Shown: positions 49,881-63,600, counted from the first letter of the whole stretch. The stretch: 63,600 bases of DNA, filler included, from Squatina squatina (GCA_031763465.1; 4 parts of 4 records of this genome joined end to end with filler, not necessarily neighbours in it), one strand, 5' to 3'. Notes: generated by a model not told the origin, from the letters alone. Made by a program: numbers and translations.

Positions 49881-52800
49881 CTACCAAATTGTAAAAAGAT
49901 ATACAATAGGTTTGATTACACTAGCTTCTCTGACTAACTATACTTCAAAGAAATATTTAACCCTTAATGGGAACATATTTCATTTATGGCATACCAACAA
50001 AAATTCCTAAATGTTCTACACAAAAAAAGTTAATTGATGTTAATACATAATGCAACTATTTCCATATGATAGCATGAAACTTAACTGCAATATGAACTGC
50101 TTTGGAGTAAATCTAGCCGTGAAATTTTCTCCCTGAATGCCAATATGAAACCATTTCTCAACTATGGGCATTGTACCCATTTTATAACTGTTCTATGAGA
50201 GTACATATACAAGCCCTCATTTGGTTGTAGAGGGAACCTTTGATCTGTTTGCATGTCTTCAGGCCATAAAGGACGCCAGTGTGGTGAATTAGTTGCAATG
50301 CTGGTGTCCCTTCTCTGCACCTGTGTTGCTGGATTTAAAAGGTCAGGGGTCCACAGCAGTGTAAACATTGTAGTTTTTGAGATGGGTGCCCACCAAACTC
50401 ATTTCAGCTACCAATGTAAACATAGAAATAGAATATATGACCTATTAGCCTTCCAAATATGCTTCAATATATGCTGCCATATAAAACAATAACTACAAAA
50501 GTTAGACAATAGGTTAACAATTTTGAAATTTAAGAGAACCTTGGAAATTGGCTGTCAAAATAGCATCAGTAGACCATCCTGGAGAGATGATAAAGCTTTA
50601 CAGGATGTTATGCTATATTTAGAAGATTCAAACTATTTTTTAAAAATTGGTCTTTTTATGGAGTAAGTACAGTGCATATTTTGGTTATATATTGAAAACT
50701 TAATGTAAGCATATTTTGTGTATTACTTTACATTTAGTCATCTGTTGATATAATCAAATTATTTTAGAATACCTGTACGTTGTGACTTTAAAACATGGTG
50801 CCTTGAGACCTGGAAGTTTCAGGAGCATCCATGATACAGTTAGATATTACATCTCAGTATCTCTTGTCTGCAGCCAGGTGACATGGTCTCTGTTTCTCCT
50901 GTCACATGGTGATTGGGATCTGAATGATTACAAATTGGTTTAGTGACAGCGAGTGTGAACTGTCAAAGACCTCTCTTATTCTGCTAGAAATGAAGAAAGT
51001 TGACAGTTGCTGGAGAGTCTAACGAGTCCTCAAATGTTTGATTTGCACCCAGTGGACAAGGAGATGATGATGTGTATGAAATATTGGAANNNNNNNNNNN
51101 NNNNNNNNNNNNNNNNNNNNNNNNNNNNNNNNNTTAATTAATTAANNNNNNNNNNNNNNNNNNNNNNNNNNNNNNNNNNNNNNNNNNNNGTGGGATTGAC
51201 AATGAGATTCTGTCATTTTGAGTTATCATTTACCTCTTTCTTGAGTACCTTTGGACCACCACTGGCAAAGGAGGAGGAGAGACAACCTTCTCCAGATCTG
51301 CACAAATGCCATCCATAAACTAACCATCAGCACAGCAGCAAAATGCATCAAGATAACTCTGCCAATTTTTCTCCAGCTTTTGGGGTACTGCCTGAATTTC
51401 ACATTACAACATTGTTGAGACCGGCAAGCCATCATGTGGAGACCTAATGTTGCAAACCTGTCACGTTGTGCCACAGTATGTTGGTATGCCAATGTAAAAG
51501 ATTCAGTCCTGCACTACTACAATACTCTGGCTATAACTCTGTTAAATTAAAGCTGATGTTGAATCATAATACAAAAACACATTATGTGTTGTATTTTATA
51601 AAACACTTTTGAAAAGTTTGTCATATTCATTTAATATTTTGATATGTTAAGTAATCCTGGCAAAATGCATTATTAGGTTTAGAAATAAATTCTGTCTTCC
51701 TGTTGCATTATTCCAGAGAATTAATGCGACAGGGAGAGAAAGCAACAAGATGATGCCTCGGGAATTTCTTCTTAAATCATTTTATCAAAACAAATGAGCC
51801 ACCAGAAAACTGATTTTCAAATATAAGTTGACTTCAGAAGATAAATATTTTAGTTGCCAACTTTTATTTTCCTAATATTCACATGCCTGAATGAACAAAA
51901 TTACTTGTCAGTACAAAATAAAAGTAGATTTTATGTATTGTGTATAGCATTATACAGTGTGGGATGTCCTTCAAACTGGTAGGGCATTAAAGTTGATATA
52001 AAGTTACGAAACTATGAAAGCAAAGCTTGGGAGATTTATTGATGTCATTGCAACAAAAATATATGTTTGTCTATGTTAGATTATTGATTTGGATTATTTA
52101 TCACTAGTGACAGCANNNNNNNNNNNNNNNNNNNNNNNNNNNNNNNNNNNNNNNNNNNNNNNNNNNNNNNNNNNNNNNNNNNNNNNNNNNNNNNNNNNNN
52201 NNNNNNNNNNNNNNNCTTCGCAGCTGTTCAGAAGACCAGGTTCAGATTGCGGCCTATGAGAAGAGCGTGGGACGTCGGAGGGTGAGTCCCCCCAGGGAAT
52301 TTTAACTGTCTGGTTTCTGCCGGGTTAAAATGACACCTTTAGATAAAACTTAAAGGAAAAACTAATCAAATGACATCACTTTTAGTTGGAAAGTTAGGTT
52401 GATGACCAAGTGTACATCCAGCCATTCTAACACCGTATATAAATTCAGTTACTCACAAACCTAGCAGACTCTGCATCTTATTTCACTGCAACGGTCTGTG
52501 CAACAAGTCCGCAGGGTAAAGCAGTAAGAATGATGTTCTTTCTTAGTTTAAATCATAGCTAAAATGTAAGTTCAACGTTGAACAAAATTACTTTTCCTCC
52601 CAGAGGACTAAAATGTCTTTGTTCACTTCCACTATCAACAAAATTGTAAAATGTTCCAGGCAAAAGGCAGAGCTAAACATAAAACTGTGGTTTATTTGCC
52701 ATACTTTTAGCACAGATTGCAGCTTCTTTGAAAACCTGAAGTATGAGAANNNNNNNNNNTGCAATGTTTCAATAAAACAAATAACTAAACAATGGAGAAT

Positions 52801-54119
52801 TGCCTTCCTCGTACCTTTATTTAAGAGTCAATATTGATAGTTCTTGGCAGAAAATGCATGAAGGTCAAGAACAATTATTGCACATGGATATTCTTATACA
52901 GACCATTACATCCATAATAAGATACGTATTTCAAATTTGAACATGCTCCTATGATAACAGAAAATCCTTCTCCCTCACAGGGTCCATCACAATAGACTTG
53001 CAGCTGCAGATTTCTTACAGTGACAGTTAAAAGAGAAACATAAAGCTATTTTACTGCTGAAAAATAATATCTAGTGGTAAGAATCAAGCACTGGATCCAC
53101 TTATTACATTTACTTTTATGATTGCTATGGCACTTCAAGGACTGATGCAAAATTAATTAGTTTAGTGTTTTTCTCTAAGNNNNNNNNNNNNNNNNNNNNN
53201 NNNNNNNNNNNNNNNNNNNNNNNNNNNNNNNNNNNNNNNNNNNNNNNNNNNNNNNNNNNNNNNNNNNNNNNNNNNNNNNCTGTTCATGTCCAGTGGAGCA
53301 AACATCATTTTGCTGTAAACTGTATACATCTATCCTTCCTGTTTTTGATGCCCTTTTTAAATTCCAATTACATTTTGCACCTATAAGAATACAAACTATC
53401 TACAGTTTTGCAGTAAGTATAAGGAACCTGAATCATTATATTTTATTTCTTTATTTTTGGAAGATTGCACATAATCTATCACTTTAGTTAAGCATTCTGA
53501 CCCTGGTCTTATGGAAAAGGTCATCTACCACTGAAAAAAAAATTGAAAGACGTCTATGAACTAATTGGACTCATAACCTTTAGAACTTTCTATAAATTAA
53601 ATTGAAAGGGACTGAGACCCCATAAGTGCTGTAGTCATTGTAATTTAAAGGGCCACAGAAGCACTTTTAAAATTAATTTGAAGGAATTTTACTAAATGTC
53701 TGTATTGGTACATACAGTTTCTTTAATGCTATTGTTGGAAAGAAAGTTCCCCCCACCCACCATTGATATTTTTTTAATATAACCTAGACTGGGGAGTAGT
53801 ATACAGGCTAACACACACAAAGGATATTTCTATCAGTAGTTTAATCAGGCAATGGAGCCAGCCTGCAAATAGAATGATACGAGCAATGAAAGCCCTGATA
53901 AATTGGAGTGCTTACTCATCACATTTTCCAACAGCAAGATCCATCATATAGATCTATATATATATTATATATATTTTGCCTTGACTTTGCTCATGGAGAG
54001 TTGGAGGATATATGGTTTTATAACAATCATGGTGTAACATTGTGAGAAATGCTGCAGTCTTAGAGGAGAGGTCCTTCCAAGTTTTCATCGAAAACCTGCA
54101 CCAGCACCAGAAAAGAAAC

Positions 54120-54950
54120 CCAACAAAGTATCAGCCAAATTATATATGCAACAGAAGTGCCACCACAAAGATAAAAGAGGCACTAAAGAGCCCAGCAAAG
54201 AGATGAGGACAAATAAGTCAGTGTCCGTCCCCTCTCCACCCTGCCCACCCCTACTCTCCTCCCCCTCAGAGTCTCAGGATAAACACCAAGGCCTGGATTC
54301 AGGCCCATGCACAAGAGAAATCACCGCTCTTGCTTGCTATCCCCAAGCAGGGAAACAATAACACAGCCAGGAGGATCAATACTCAATGTCTTACATTATC
54401 CACCAGCAGAGAATTCAAATACATGGTTTAGTTATAAATCAGGATTCATACGGCAAAAGGATATACTCGAGATGGACTCACAGCAAGTATTGCAAGAATC
54501 AAGCCTCTTCATCCCAAAAATGGAAACCCATATAACCTACTGTAACAGCATAAGCCCACTCACCCTGTGCCATCCCTGGACTCAGAAAAGGCCTTCACAC
54601 AGATGCAGTAGATCTTCTTACTTCCCACTCACCAGTGCATGGCCTTTGGAAAGGCATTAAGAAATTGGATCAAAATTGTCAATTCCCATGTCTCGTCCTC
54701 TGTGAAAATTAAAGGCTACACATCAACAGCTTTCCACAACCAGCAAATGGCCAGGCAAGGGTCTTCCTGGTCCTCTCTCCATTTTACTCATATCATAGAA
54801 CCTCATACTCCAACCATAAGAATCAGACCCTGCATCCTAGAAATCCAGGCTCGCGGATTGGAGCACAAAATATCCCTCTGGATGTCACCAACCCTCTCAA
54901 CACCGTCTGCAGTATCTTTCAGATCACCGAAAAATTTGGCGAGCTAACAG
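54120..54950 (+). mobile_element. Highly decayed L1-clade (L1/Tx1) reverse transcriptase fragment
   Basis: Ordered motifs across frameshifts: SGFI (~QxGFI), SLDSEKAF (~SLDAEKAFD), FGKALRNWIKIV...SSVKIKGYTS, RQGSSWSSLHF..IIEP (~RQGCPLSPLLF..AIEP) and EHKISLW (~EHKISLYADD). Confidence 0.75.
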
Positions 54951-55039
54951 TGTACAAGCCCGCCTACTCAAAAAGTGAGGATACGGCTTTTGTTCAGTAA
55001 ATCCTTATGCAAATACAATTAAAACCCTTAATTATCATG

Positions 55040-55240
55040 ATAGGCTGAGAGAGCTGTTTGAATTGGAGAGCTCAGGGAGAAGCAGAGAACAGTTTAAGAT
55101 ACATAAGCATAGAACTAGGTTAGATATCAAGATGTTTTTCTTTTTAAAGAGGGTCATTGACATCTAGAACAAGTTGCAGGTTATACAGTGAGTGCAGATT
55201 CGCTGCAAACATTCAAAAGGGAGATGGCCGAGTTGAGACT
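55040..55240 (+). mobile_element. Old CR1 ORF2 3' remnant
   Basis: ctgtttgaatt...agatacataag...gatgtttttctttttaaagagggtcattgacatctagaacaagttg...acattcaaaagggagatgg (~FF.QRV...WN.L....F.KRE.D). Confidence 0.55.
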
Positions 55241-58200
55241 GATATCACTGCATACAAAAGATAGCTAGGTTGTTGGGTGCTATGCTCCATAGTCACTGTG
55301 GTCTCGTGTAATCGTTTTGATCCCAGAATACTCTTACCCATGAATTGATCGAAGGTATTTTAATCTTTTTTTTTGCCTTTGACCAGGAGATTACATGGGA
55401 GTATTGTGGGCCATTATGCTTAATTGGGCTCAATGGNNNNNNNNNNNNNNNNNNNNNNNNNNNNNNNNNNNNNNNNNNNNNNNNNNNNNNNNNNNNNNNN
55501 NNNNNNNNNNNNNNNNNNNNNNNNNNNNNNNNNNNNAATTTTTTATATCCTTACTTGTCCACAATAGAAAATAAGGGAAGGCTGCACATTATATATTTTG
55601 TTTTGTAAAATACAAAGAAGTTCTTTCATTTTCCACCACTTTCACAGTATAAATATATCAGTAAGGCATCTTTACACACCATAAATATTTAACACATGGT
55701 ATAACCCACAGGCAATTTCATCATTCACAGGTTATACAGGCTGGAAATTTGACATCTTCCAATAACCTTGCTGTATGTCCTATAGCATGCACTGTGTATT
55801 AAAAAGTTTATGAAATGACACTTTTATCGATGTTCGGTAATAGCAAAAGTGTATTTGGAAGGAGGCAAAGGTCATTCAGCACCCAATGGGTTAACCTTGC
55901 TTTGGTGATGAATTAAACAATCAAACCAGCAGTCCAATAATTAGATTTGTCCCCATTAATCATTTAAATAAGTTAGTGAGTAGCAATGACAGTTCAACAG
56001 TTTAATATGGAGAGAGAGAAAATTTAAGGAAACATAATAAAAGAAACAAAAGTAATAAACAGAGCCCGGTTAAATGTAATAAAGGAGGAAAAAGCTAGAC
56101 ACAGCATTGCATTGACTAAATAACCTAAATCTAAAATATGCAATAATATAGGCTTAAAAATTCAATTGCACCCAAAAAAGGGCATGCCAAGTGCCTGTTG
56201 GTATTGTCCCATGCAACACGTAATATTTGTGCTGCCTGCTCATTTTCATCACTCAGATGTGCAGCCAAAGCTATTCATTGGCTGCATGTCTNNNNNNNNN
56301 NNNNNNNNNNNNNNNNNNNNNNNNNNNNNNNNNNNNNNNNNNNNNNNNNNNNNNNNNNNNNNNNNNNNNNNNNNNNNNNNNNNNNNNNNNNCCTTACTAC
56401 TGCTTGTTAACTTTCAATCCAAATGAGGTACGTTAAGGGAAGAAATAAAGTTACTCATCCTAGAATGTTATTGACTTTTTCATTGGCTGCTTTAATAAAA
56501 TTGCTTTTATAGAAATGATTGATTGAACAATTTTATGTTCTGATATTGTTGTAATTGGATTCAGTTTTGCACATATTTCCACTGATGACAATTGAATCTA
56601 AAATAATCGACTGTTGCTAGGTTATATCTTATTCAATGTGTTCTTATGGCAGCACAAGACACTGAAAGCCACGTGAAAGAACCCTCAAGACTTGATAGCG
56701 CGCACTGCCACGTGCTTATTAGTCGCTATGACATATAGATGAACAAGTTCTACTTTTAATACAGCAGGAATTCTGAACATGCCTGCACAGGAGAGAAAAA
56801 GTAATAAGACTGGAAAGATAACACATGAACATTGATTGGTGTCTGGTATTATAATAATATAAGGTTTACTTTTGAAAGATTATATATAATAAATATACCA
56901 ATAAATTTTTAAAAATATATATCCATATTTTTATTTCTGTAAAGCTGCTTTGAATGGCAAATGTATAATATCGAGTGCTGGAGGACACAGGGACAGCAAA
57001 CAGGATTATGTAACCTGCGGTTTGACTTGCGACAGAAAGCATCAGTAACAGATGTTCTCTTAATTAATTTTTCATTACAGGATGTACATATGTTCCCAGG
57101 TATTCTAAATTTTTCACTTTTACTTTTAGAAGAATTATCTTACAAAAAAAGAACACTTTGAGACATTCTGCAATGTAATTGTTTAAAAGCTTCAGATTCC
57201 AGAACATATCTTGTCTTCCTATTGAACATCAATAATATCACATATGGCCTATATTGGTCTCCTGCCTGTGCCCTTGCAGTCACTCAGAAGGGCTGTCTCT
57301 AACTGGCTGCTGGGTGGGAATGTGATGATAGAGCCCCAAAATTGGAGTATTGCACTTACTGTCCCATTCCCAATCTGACCATGCCCATTGCCATTTTGCC
57401 CGAGGCCTTTACAAGGGCGACCCAGGCACCCACCTGAATCGTGGAACCCTGATTGCAATTTTAAGGTGTAAAAGAACAGGCTCCGCCCTTTTATATGGGT
57501 AATGAGTGACCTAACCATCAGTCCTTAAAGGGATTTCTGGAGGCTGCTCACCAAATGGTCCATTTTTTTTTTGGTGGGGTCAGTAGGATCAGTATTGCTT
57601 TCTCTGTGCCCATAAAAAAATTGTGGGCTGCTGCCAATCCATCCCAGGTCCCCCCAAATTTGCCTGCCGCCCTCTTCCAAGACTCTGCCTGTCAGCCAGC
57701 TCCATATGGGAGTTAGCTGATTTCTCACGCTCCCAGAACTAATGAGATGGTACTCGCCGGCAGAATGAAAGTGAGCCCTGGGTCTCAAAATGGCTCAGGC
57801 CTCTGGCCGGCAAGAACACACCGCCTGCCCATTTTCTGCTGATAGTTAAAATCGGGCCTAAAGTGTCAGCACTCACAGGAATGTTTGCTCTTACATGGAC
57901 TCTGGCANNNNNNNNNNNNNNNNNNNNNNNNNNNNNNNNNNNNNNNNNNNNNNNNNNNNNNNNNNNNNNNNNNNNNNNNNNNNNNNNNNNNNNNNNNNNN
58001 NNNNNNNACAATTCCTAATTATGTTCAAGAAGCATGTCCCATAATCCAAAAATTAAATTTCCGTGCGGCATGGTAATTTGCAAGATTGTTCCATCATTGA
58101 AACAGAATAGCCTAATTTACATTAATGCATCAAAGTTCCCTGGCATACTACAAAAAGGTCATTTTTTAACAATTTGTTAATATGAGATTCCTTCTCCATG

Positions 58201-60036
58201 TGTCACCGGGGTTGTTGAACTACTTCCACATGTAGAATTCAATGCTGTTCATGAAAAAATATTTCGCAGAAGTACAGAACAATAAATCAAGTAAAACTGA
58301 AGTCTAAATTGTTTGACCATGATTACCTTAGTAGATAAAAAATGAGAATCACACACCATTAACTTGAGCAATGTTTATGAATAAAATCTGCCTTATTCAA
58401 ACTCTTCTCAGGCGCCCTTCTCTTTTATCCAAGACAAACTGTTGCAAGGTCGAGTGACCATAACCTCAGGTTACTTTCTGAATTAATTTATTCACCCAAA
58501 ACACTGCTCATCTCCTGCTTTTGACAGAAATACGCAACAAAAGACTCAAGTTGTCATTTATTCATGCTTGTTCAATATTTCCATTTCCAAGACTGCAAGT
58601 AGTAAGAACTGCAGAGGTCTTCACCAAGCTTTGTTTCGTCCATTATGCACAAGCAGTGGTGCCAACTTCTGTGCTTGTGTTCAAAAGGCTCCTTGTATGT
58701 CCATTTGAAGAAATATTTCATAATTCTCAACAAACACACATCCCCTTGAAGAATAAAAAACTCCACAGAAAAAATGATCTCACAGTGGNNNNNNNNNNNN
58801 NNNNNNNNNNNNNNNNNNNNNNNNNNNNNNNNNNNNNNNNNNNNNNNNNNNNNNNNNNNNNNNNNNNNNNNNNNNNNNNNNNNNNNNNGAGTGACATGGC
58901 TGAGACTTCCTGGGACAGCGCCACCAGTGGCCAGGAGGAAAACAAACATCACACTCTGCCCAGTCAGAAATCTCAGTCGTTTTGGGGTAGGCCCATAATA
59001 CACTGCTGATTTATTGCATCAGCATGTAAACGTTATATGCCACCCTTAGCAACGTTGGACGTCAGGGTAACACCTGAGAGTTCCTGGCGTCCAGCATGGT
59101 AGGGCTGGTTGGGTTGAAATGTAAAATTCTGTTCTTCCAATACCATCAGTTTGCCAAAACCAGAAGACAGCCAGATTTTGAAATCTTTATGAAATGGTTC
59201 TTTATCCCATGGAATCCTCCCACCCATCTGAGGCTGGAAATGGTGCAGGCACCCGCCCCATCCTAAGATATTTAATTAACCTGCCCCCAGGATTTTCGAT
59301 GGGGTCAGGGTCATTCACATTGTGCACATGGAAGTACAACTCTGCAACGTATTTCACAGAAGTAGTGCTTTGAAAATGCACAAATGCTTGGCAGTAATTC
59401 AATTTCTACTCTTCAAAGTTAAATGCTGAAACAAAATTTAAATATGTTACAGTGCCAAAAAAACAATACATTAGCAGAAAGGCAGCATGTGTTACTTATA
59501 ATGGATATGTCAAAAATGTTTCATATGTCAGTGAGCTTGAAAGAATTAAAACGTCCAATGATTTTTTTTACCACATGTAGCTGTTGATCTGGACGCCTGT
59601 AATTTTAGTCCCATGTGTCTCCTAATATGTAAATAATAATGTATGAGCTGTCATGTAGCACTTTATGTATCTTAAAATCATTCAAATCTATGCTCATAAA
59701 TACATTACATAAATTACTTTCTTTCAGCACCAAAGAATTCTTTAATGTGATTCTCAATATTGTAGTGCTAATATGCTAACTGTATTTGCACACACGTATT
59801 TCAATGTGATTTGCAGTAACAAATATGACTGTGACCTAGATTAAGTTTATCATCAATTGTATGGACAGGAAACACTTTCCCCTTACTGGCGATGCTATTT
59901 TTTCCCTTCCCTTCTTTCCTGAAAATGATCGGGATAGATTTTCCCGAGGTGTGCAATTCGTGCGGCCACCCAATAGTCCTGGTGGGAGGTCCAGTGCATT
60001 TTGAGGGCGGGAGCTCATTAGCATTTGGCCCTAAGA

Positions 60037-60360
60037 TCATAAGACCAAAAGAAATAGGAACAGGAGTAGGCCATTCNNNNNNNNNNNNNNNNNNNNNNNN
60101 NNNNNNNNNNNNNNNNNNNNNNNNNNNNNNNNNNNNNNNNNNNNNNNNNNNNNNNNNNNNNNNNNNNNNNNNNNNNGGGTTAATTGAAATTTTCAAGAGT
60201 GAGATTGATAGATTTTTGTTTGGTCGTGATATTAAGGTATATCAAGCAAAGGCAGGTAAATGTAGTTGAGATACAGATCAACCATGAACTACTTGAATGG
60301 TGACAGAACAAGCTCGAGGGGCTGAATTGCCTACTCCTGTTCCTACATTCCTAGGTTCCT
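60037..60360. mobile_element. Two oppositely oriented CR1 3' ends flanking a gap
   Basis: 60037-60076 is a minus-strand tail (aaataggaacaggagtaggccattc). 60177-60360 is a plus-strand end (IEIFKSEIDRFL..., gctcgaggggctgaattgcctactcctgttcct). Confidence 0.75.
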
Positions 60361-61892
60361 GACTGTGACAATAATTAAACTTGGAAGAGTGTGACTGGGG
60401 GAAGTATTTACTGCTTCTTTACTTGCATAGAGGACACCAATCCTGGTACATCAGTGTGAACTCAGTAACAATGGAATTTATGATTTCTGATGCAGAAGGA
60501 ATTTTCTTGTTTTGCTTTCGAGGTTGTCCCTTCGCATCATACAGAATCTGGTACCTATCTTAGCTTGCTATTAATGCTGCAAGGTTCATTCTGTTATCAG
60601 TAAAGCTTAAGGGAGGATTCACATTAGTTTGAACAAATACAAACTGTCTGATTTGTTCAGTCATATGTATGACAGTCAGTTATTTTTGAATGTGGTTACC
60701 ACCCATTCAAAATCCAGGATGTCCCAAAAACTGTTTTCAGTGATACTTAAGGAACTGTAATTGTTTGAATCTTGAAATCTGATTGAGGTTCTCAAGCGAA
60801 TAGCCTACCACATTATCAGCTCCTGCAGTGGTAAGAAATACAGAACAAAATAATATTGCACACATTAAAGTTTTTTTTTACAAACAGACAGCTTAGCATT
60901 AGATTGCTGCATCTTTTATTATTTCCCAATTGAGGAGCTCGATGGAAAGCTTTGTACTGTAATAATATGTATTACATCACTGTTAGTTATGAATTTGTTC
61001 ATCTGTTGAAAAATAAATTGCTTAATAATTTAAACTTAAAGCCTGGTCTGAAGTTCAGAGGTCATGATCAAATCACTTATCAAATACAGGAGAGCTTATG
61101 GAGGCATAGGACAATTCCAGTAGCTGAAGGCAATTAATAGAAATGTTGGGCATGTTATAACAGCTTATCCAGATGTCAAGATGAATCAAGGTATCAGGAG
61201 TTTTCATCACTGATGCAAATGATGGAAAATTTGGAAGGCAACAATAAACTAGGGGAATAAAAAACCCATCACCAATGAAATCAAATATTCTCAACATGGA
61301 TTGCTTCAGTCAGTTCACTTTCAGCTTGGATGCCATGGATTTTGCAATTATGGTCAATCTATGTTTAAAGATCAGATTGGCTGGTAGCCTTTGTGCTATG
61401 AGCAGTTGTTTCTTTTCATTATCATCACAGAAATCCTTATGGGCTTAATTGAGTCTGATCGGCCATCCGTTTCCTACATATATGTGCAAGTTTGAATAGT
61501 AATGGACTTAAGACTTGCAACAATATTTAAAAACTCATTAGTGTAATCATTGCCTAGCAGCACTTTTCCCTCTTTGGTAATTTAATTGCTTTCACTTCTG
61601 GTAAGTCCACGGATTTTTCTAAGTCCTTTTGGTTCAGCATATCAAATTAAAGTCGAGTATCTTCTCAAAGAATTGGACTAAGCCTATCCAATCTATTTTT
61701 ACTTCAGATTGTGGTAGCAGTCTCTGAAGACTTCAGTGATCTTTAAAAGTTCAATACTATGTTCTTTTTAAAAATCTTTTATACCTGAAATCACATTCTG
61801 ATTCTTTCGGTTGGTATGCTAAGAATTTGCTGGCTCTGTCCCGAGTTTCATAATAGAACTGATAGGTTGATAGATTGCAGCTGTAGCCTGGT

Positions 61893-62112
61893 AACAACAG
61901 AGACAGCATCTAGTTTAATATAAACAGAGACAGGGTCTCGAGTAATATAAACAGAGACAGGGCCTAGTGCAATATTAACAGAGACAGGGTCTAGTGCAAT
62001 ATTAACAGAGACAGAGTCTAGTGTAATATATAGAGAGACAGGGTCTAGTATAATATGAAGGAGAGACAGGGTGCAGTGTAACATAAACAGATTGCAGGTT
62101 CGTGTGTAATAC
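61893..62112. repeat. 27-bp minisatellite, about 8 diverged copies
   Basis: Unit ~aacagagacagggtctagtgtaatata; 9-aa periodicity in the ORF track (DPVSVNIAL). Confidence 0.9.
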
Positions 62113-63600
62113 AAANNNNNNNNNNNNNNNNNNNNNNNNNNNNNNNNNNNNNNNNNNNNNNNNNNNNNNNNNNNNNNNNNNNNNNNNNNNNNNNNNNNNN
62201 NNNNNNNNNNNNNNNAATTAAGAGCTTGTTCTGATAACATAAACTGTGACATCAAAGCTTAACAGTTTTCAATGTCAAAGGAAATTCAAGATTTAATCAC
62301 TGCCTTGAACCTCTGCCAGCTATGTTTTATCCTTTACATTACAAACGGCTTAATTTTTATATTTATGATTAAGTTGTGCATCATTGCTGGTTACTTTCCT
62401 TTAATCATATTGCACTTCAAACATTGGGAAGCAGATGGGTAATATAGATGAGTGACACAAGCCAAAGGTGATCAATATCACTCAACTGGTACTGTGGCTA
62501 TATTCGTTTATTTGCAGTTGCATAACACAGGAAAGTATTGGTAGTACTGTAATAAAGATTGCTATTCTCGGCTCAGCAAGCAATTGTGCCTCTACTATTC
62601 TGCAATCTTAGCCCCTCAATTATTTTATTGGTTTCTGCTTAAATGATTCTTTCAACTGAATCCGTAACTTCGGCTATTTTTTGTAATACTCACTTGGGTA
62701 TAGTTTTCAAAAGAAGGCATTTTGATTGGTTGAATGCTGCTTCTTTTAAAATCCAGCTCACTGAGTGTACTGTCATAGGACAGTCACCATCCAATGTGAT
62801 ATTTCTATATCAACTTTATCAGTGCCTTATCAATGGCAATGGAGTTTCCACCACTGCTGGCTGAGGAATTCTTTTCAAAGAAGCCTATCCTGTCTCTCAA
62901 AATCATTTGGGCCCACAAGGTACAAATTAAAAATAAAATCTTTTAACTGTGATTGAATAGCAGTTAAGAACTTCCTTGTGTATTGTACTGGGGAATTGAG
63001 TCGAAGCAGTTCAATTGAAGGACTTGACCTAATGGTCTCCTCCTTCAATCAAACTACATAAACTCAATACTCTGATCCAGTTCATGGGGCAGGGGGAGTT
63101 CTTTTTTACTTAAGCATTTGTGATGAAACCAGACATCAAACCTGCATATCCAATTTTCGGATTTAAAAGCTGTGTGAAATAAACTGTTCATCCACCCAGC
63201 AGATATTTTCTTTTTACAATCAGCTTCCTTCTTTCATTCTTAATAACCTCAGCAGCAATTGCTGTAGCCTTCTGTGGCTNNNNNNNNNNTCCATGATTAT
63301 AGCATAGATTTGTCATTATCCTTAACGCACATCTCTAATTTATTTTCCAAAATCTAGCCGCACGTTATTCTTTTCTATTCTTAGTGCTTTCTTTGCCATG
63401 TGTTTCTTTTTATTATTGGGGTGATTGTTTGATCAGGTTGCAAGGTAGAGTATTTTTTCCAACTGACTCTTTCCTCGTTAATAGATGGCTTCATTCCAGA
63501 TCAGCATCACACAGTTCTGTTCCTCTCACCAATGCATTCTACTTCACCTTTGAATTGTGCATGAGCTCTCTTGAGAAATGTGATAGGAACATAGTAACAG

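Larger units (their letters stand above)
41624..63600 (+). other. Intron 1 of the SALL gene (runs past the window end, or exon 2 lies in a gap or another contig)
   Basis: Begins with GTGAGT. No + strand ORF with C2HC/C2H2 zinc-finger motifs appears downstream. Contiguity is uncertain across the linker at 51134. Confidence 0.6.

Noticed and set aside
58917-58934. CTCF-like cagcgccaccagtggcca (and a similar motif at about 40055-40072)
   Set aside because: Each is one base short in the core spacing relative to the CTCF consensus.
34869-61220. Scattered ATGCAAAT octamers (e.g. 34869, 44493, 49864, 55007, 61213) as Oct4 sites
   Set aside because: None has an adjacent SOX half-site, one is part of a SINE tail, and a few hits are unsurprising in AT-rich DNA.
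1-63600. A novel multi-gene or prokaryote-style biological system
   Set aside because: Apart from one SALL exon, every protein-like signal is explained by known retroelement clades. Nothing in the visible sequence supports a new system, although the gaps hide several kb.

Overview
Eukaryotic, vertebrate DNA, almost certainly from a shark or related cartilaginous fish, judging by the repeat families. It comes from a fragmented short-read assembly with many N gaps and three artificial TTAATTAATTAA linkers. The only host coding sequence I can support is the first coding exon of a Spalt-like zinc-finger gene (41551-41623, +, MSRRKQAKPQHIKSDQDIALSAEN/G, followed by a GTGAGT donor). It is most likely sall4, and it sits behind a compact promoter inside a CpG-retaining, transposon-poor domain. 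The window therefore covers about 41 kb of upstream intergenic DNA plus at least 20 kb of intron 1; the large zinc-finger exon 2 is not visible. The rest is decayed transposons (Deu-domain tRNA SINEs, two other SINE families, CR1, L2, RTE and L1-clade LINE fragments, a Penelope-like GIY-YIG element, small palindromic MITE-like elements), two minisatellites and several candidate enhancers. I found no convincing novel multi-gene system. The best leads are an overlapping uORF and an in-frame upstream ATG at the Sall start, a degenerate minimal hammerhead ribozyme in the Penelope terminal repeat, a MEIS-site cluster in intron 1, nested SINE/LINE insertions, and SINE-LINE tail sharing. TE family names and orthology come from recalled motifs, not database searches; TE boundaries are approximate.
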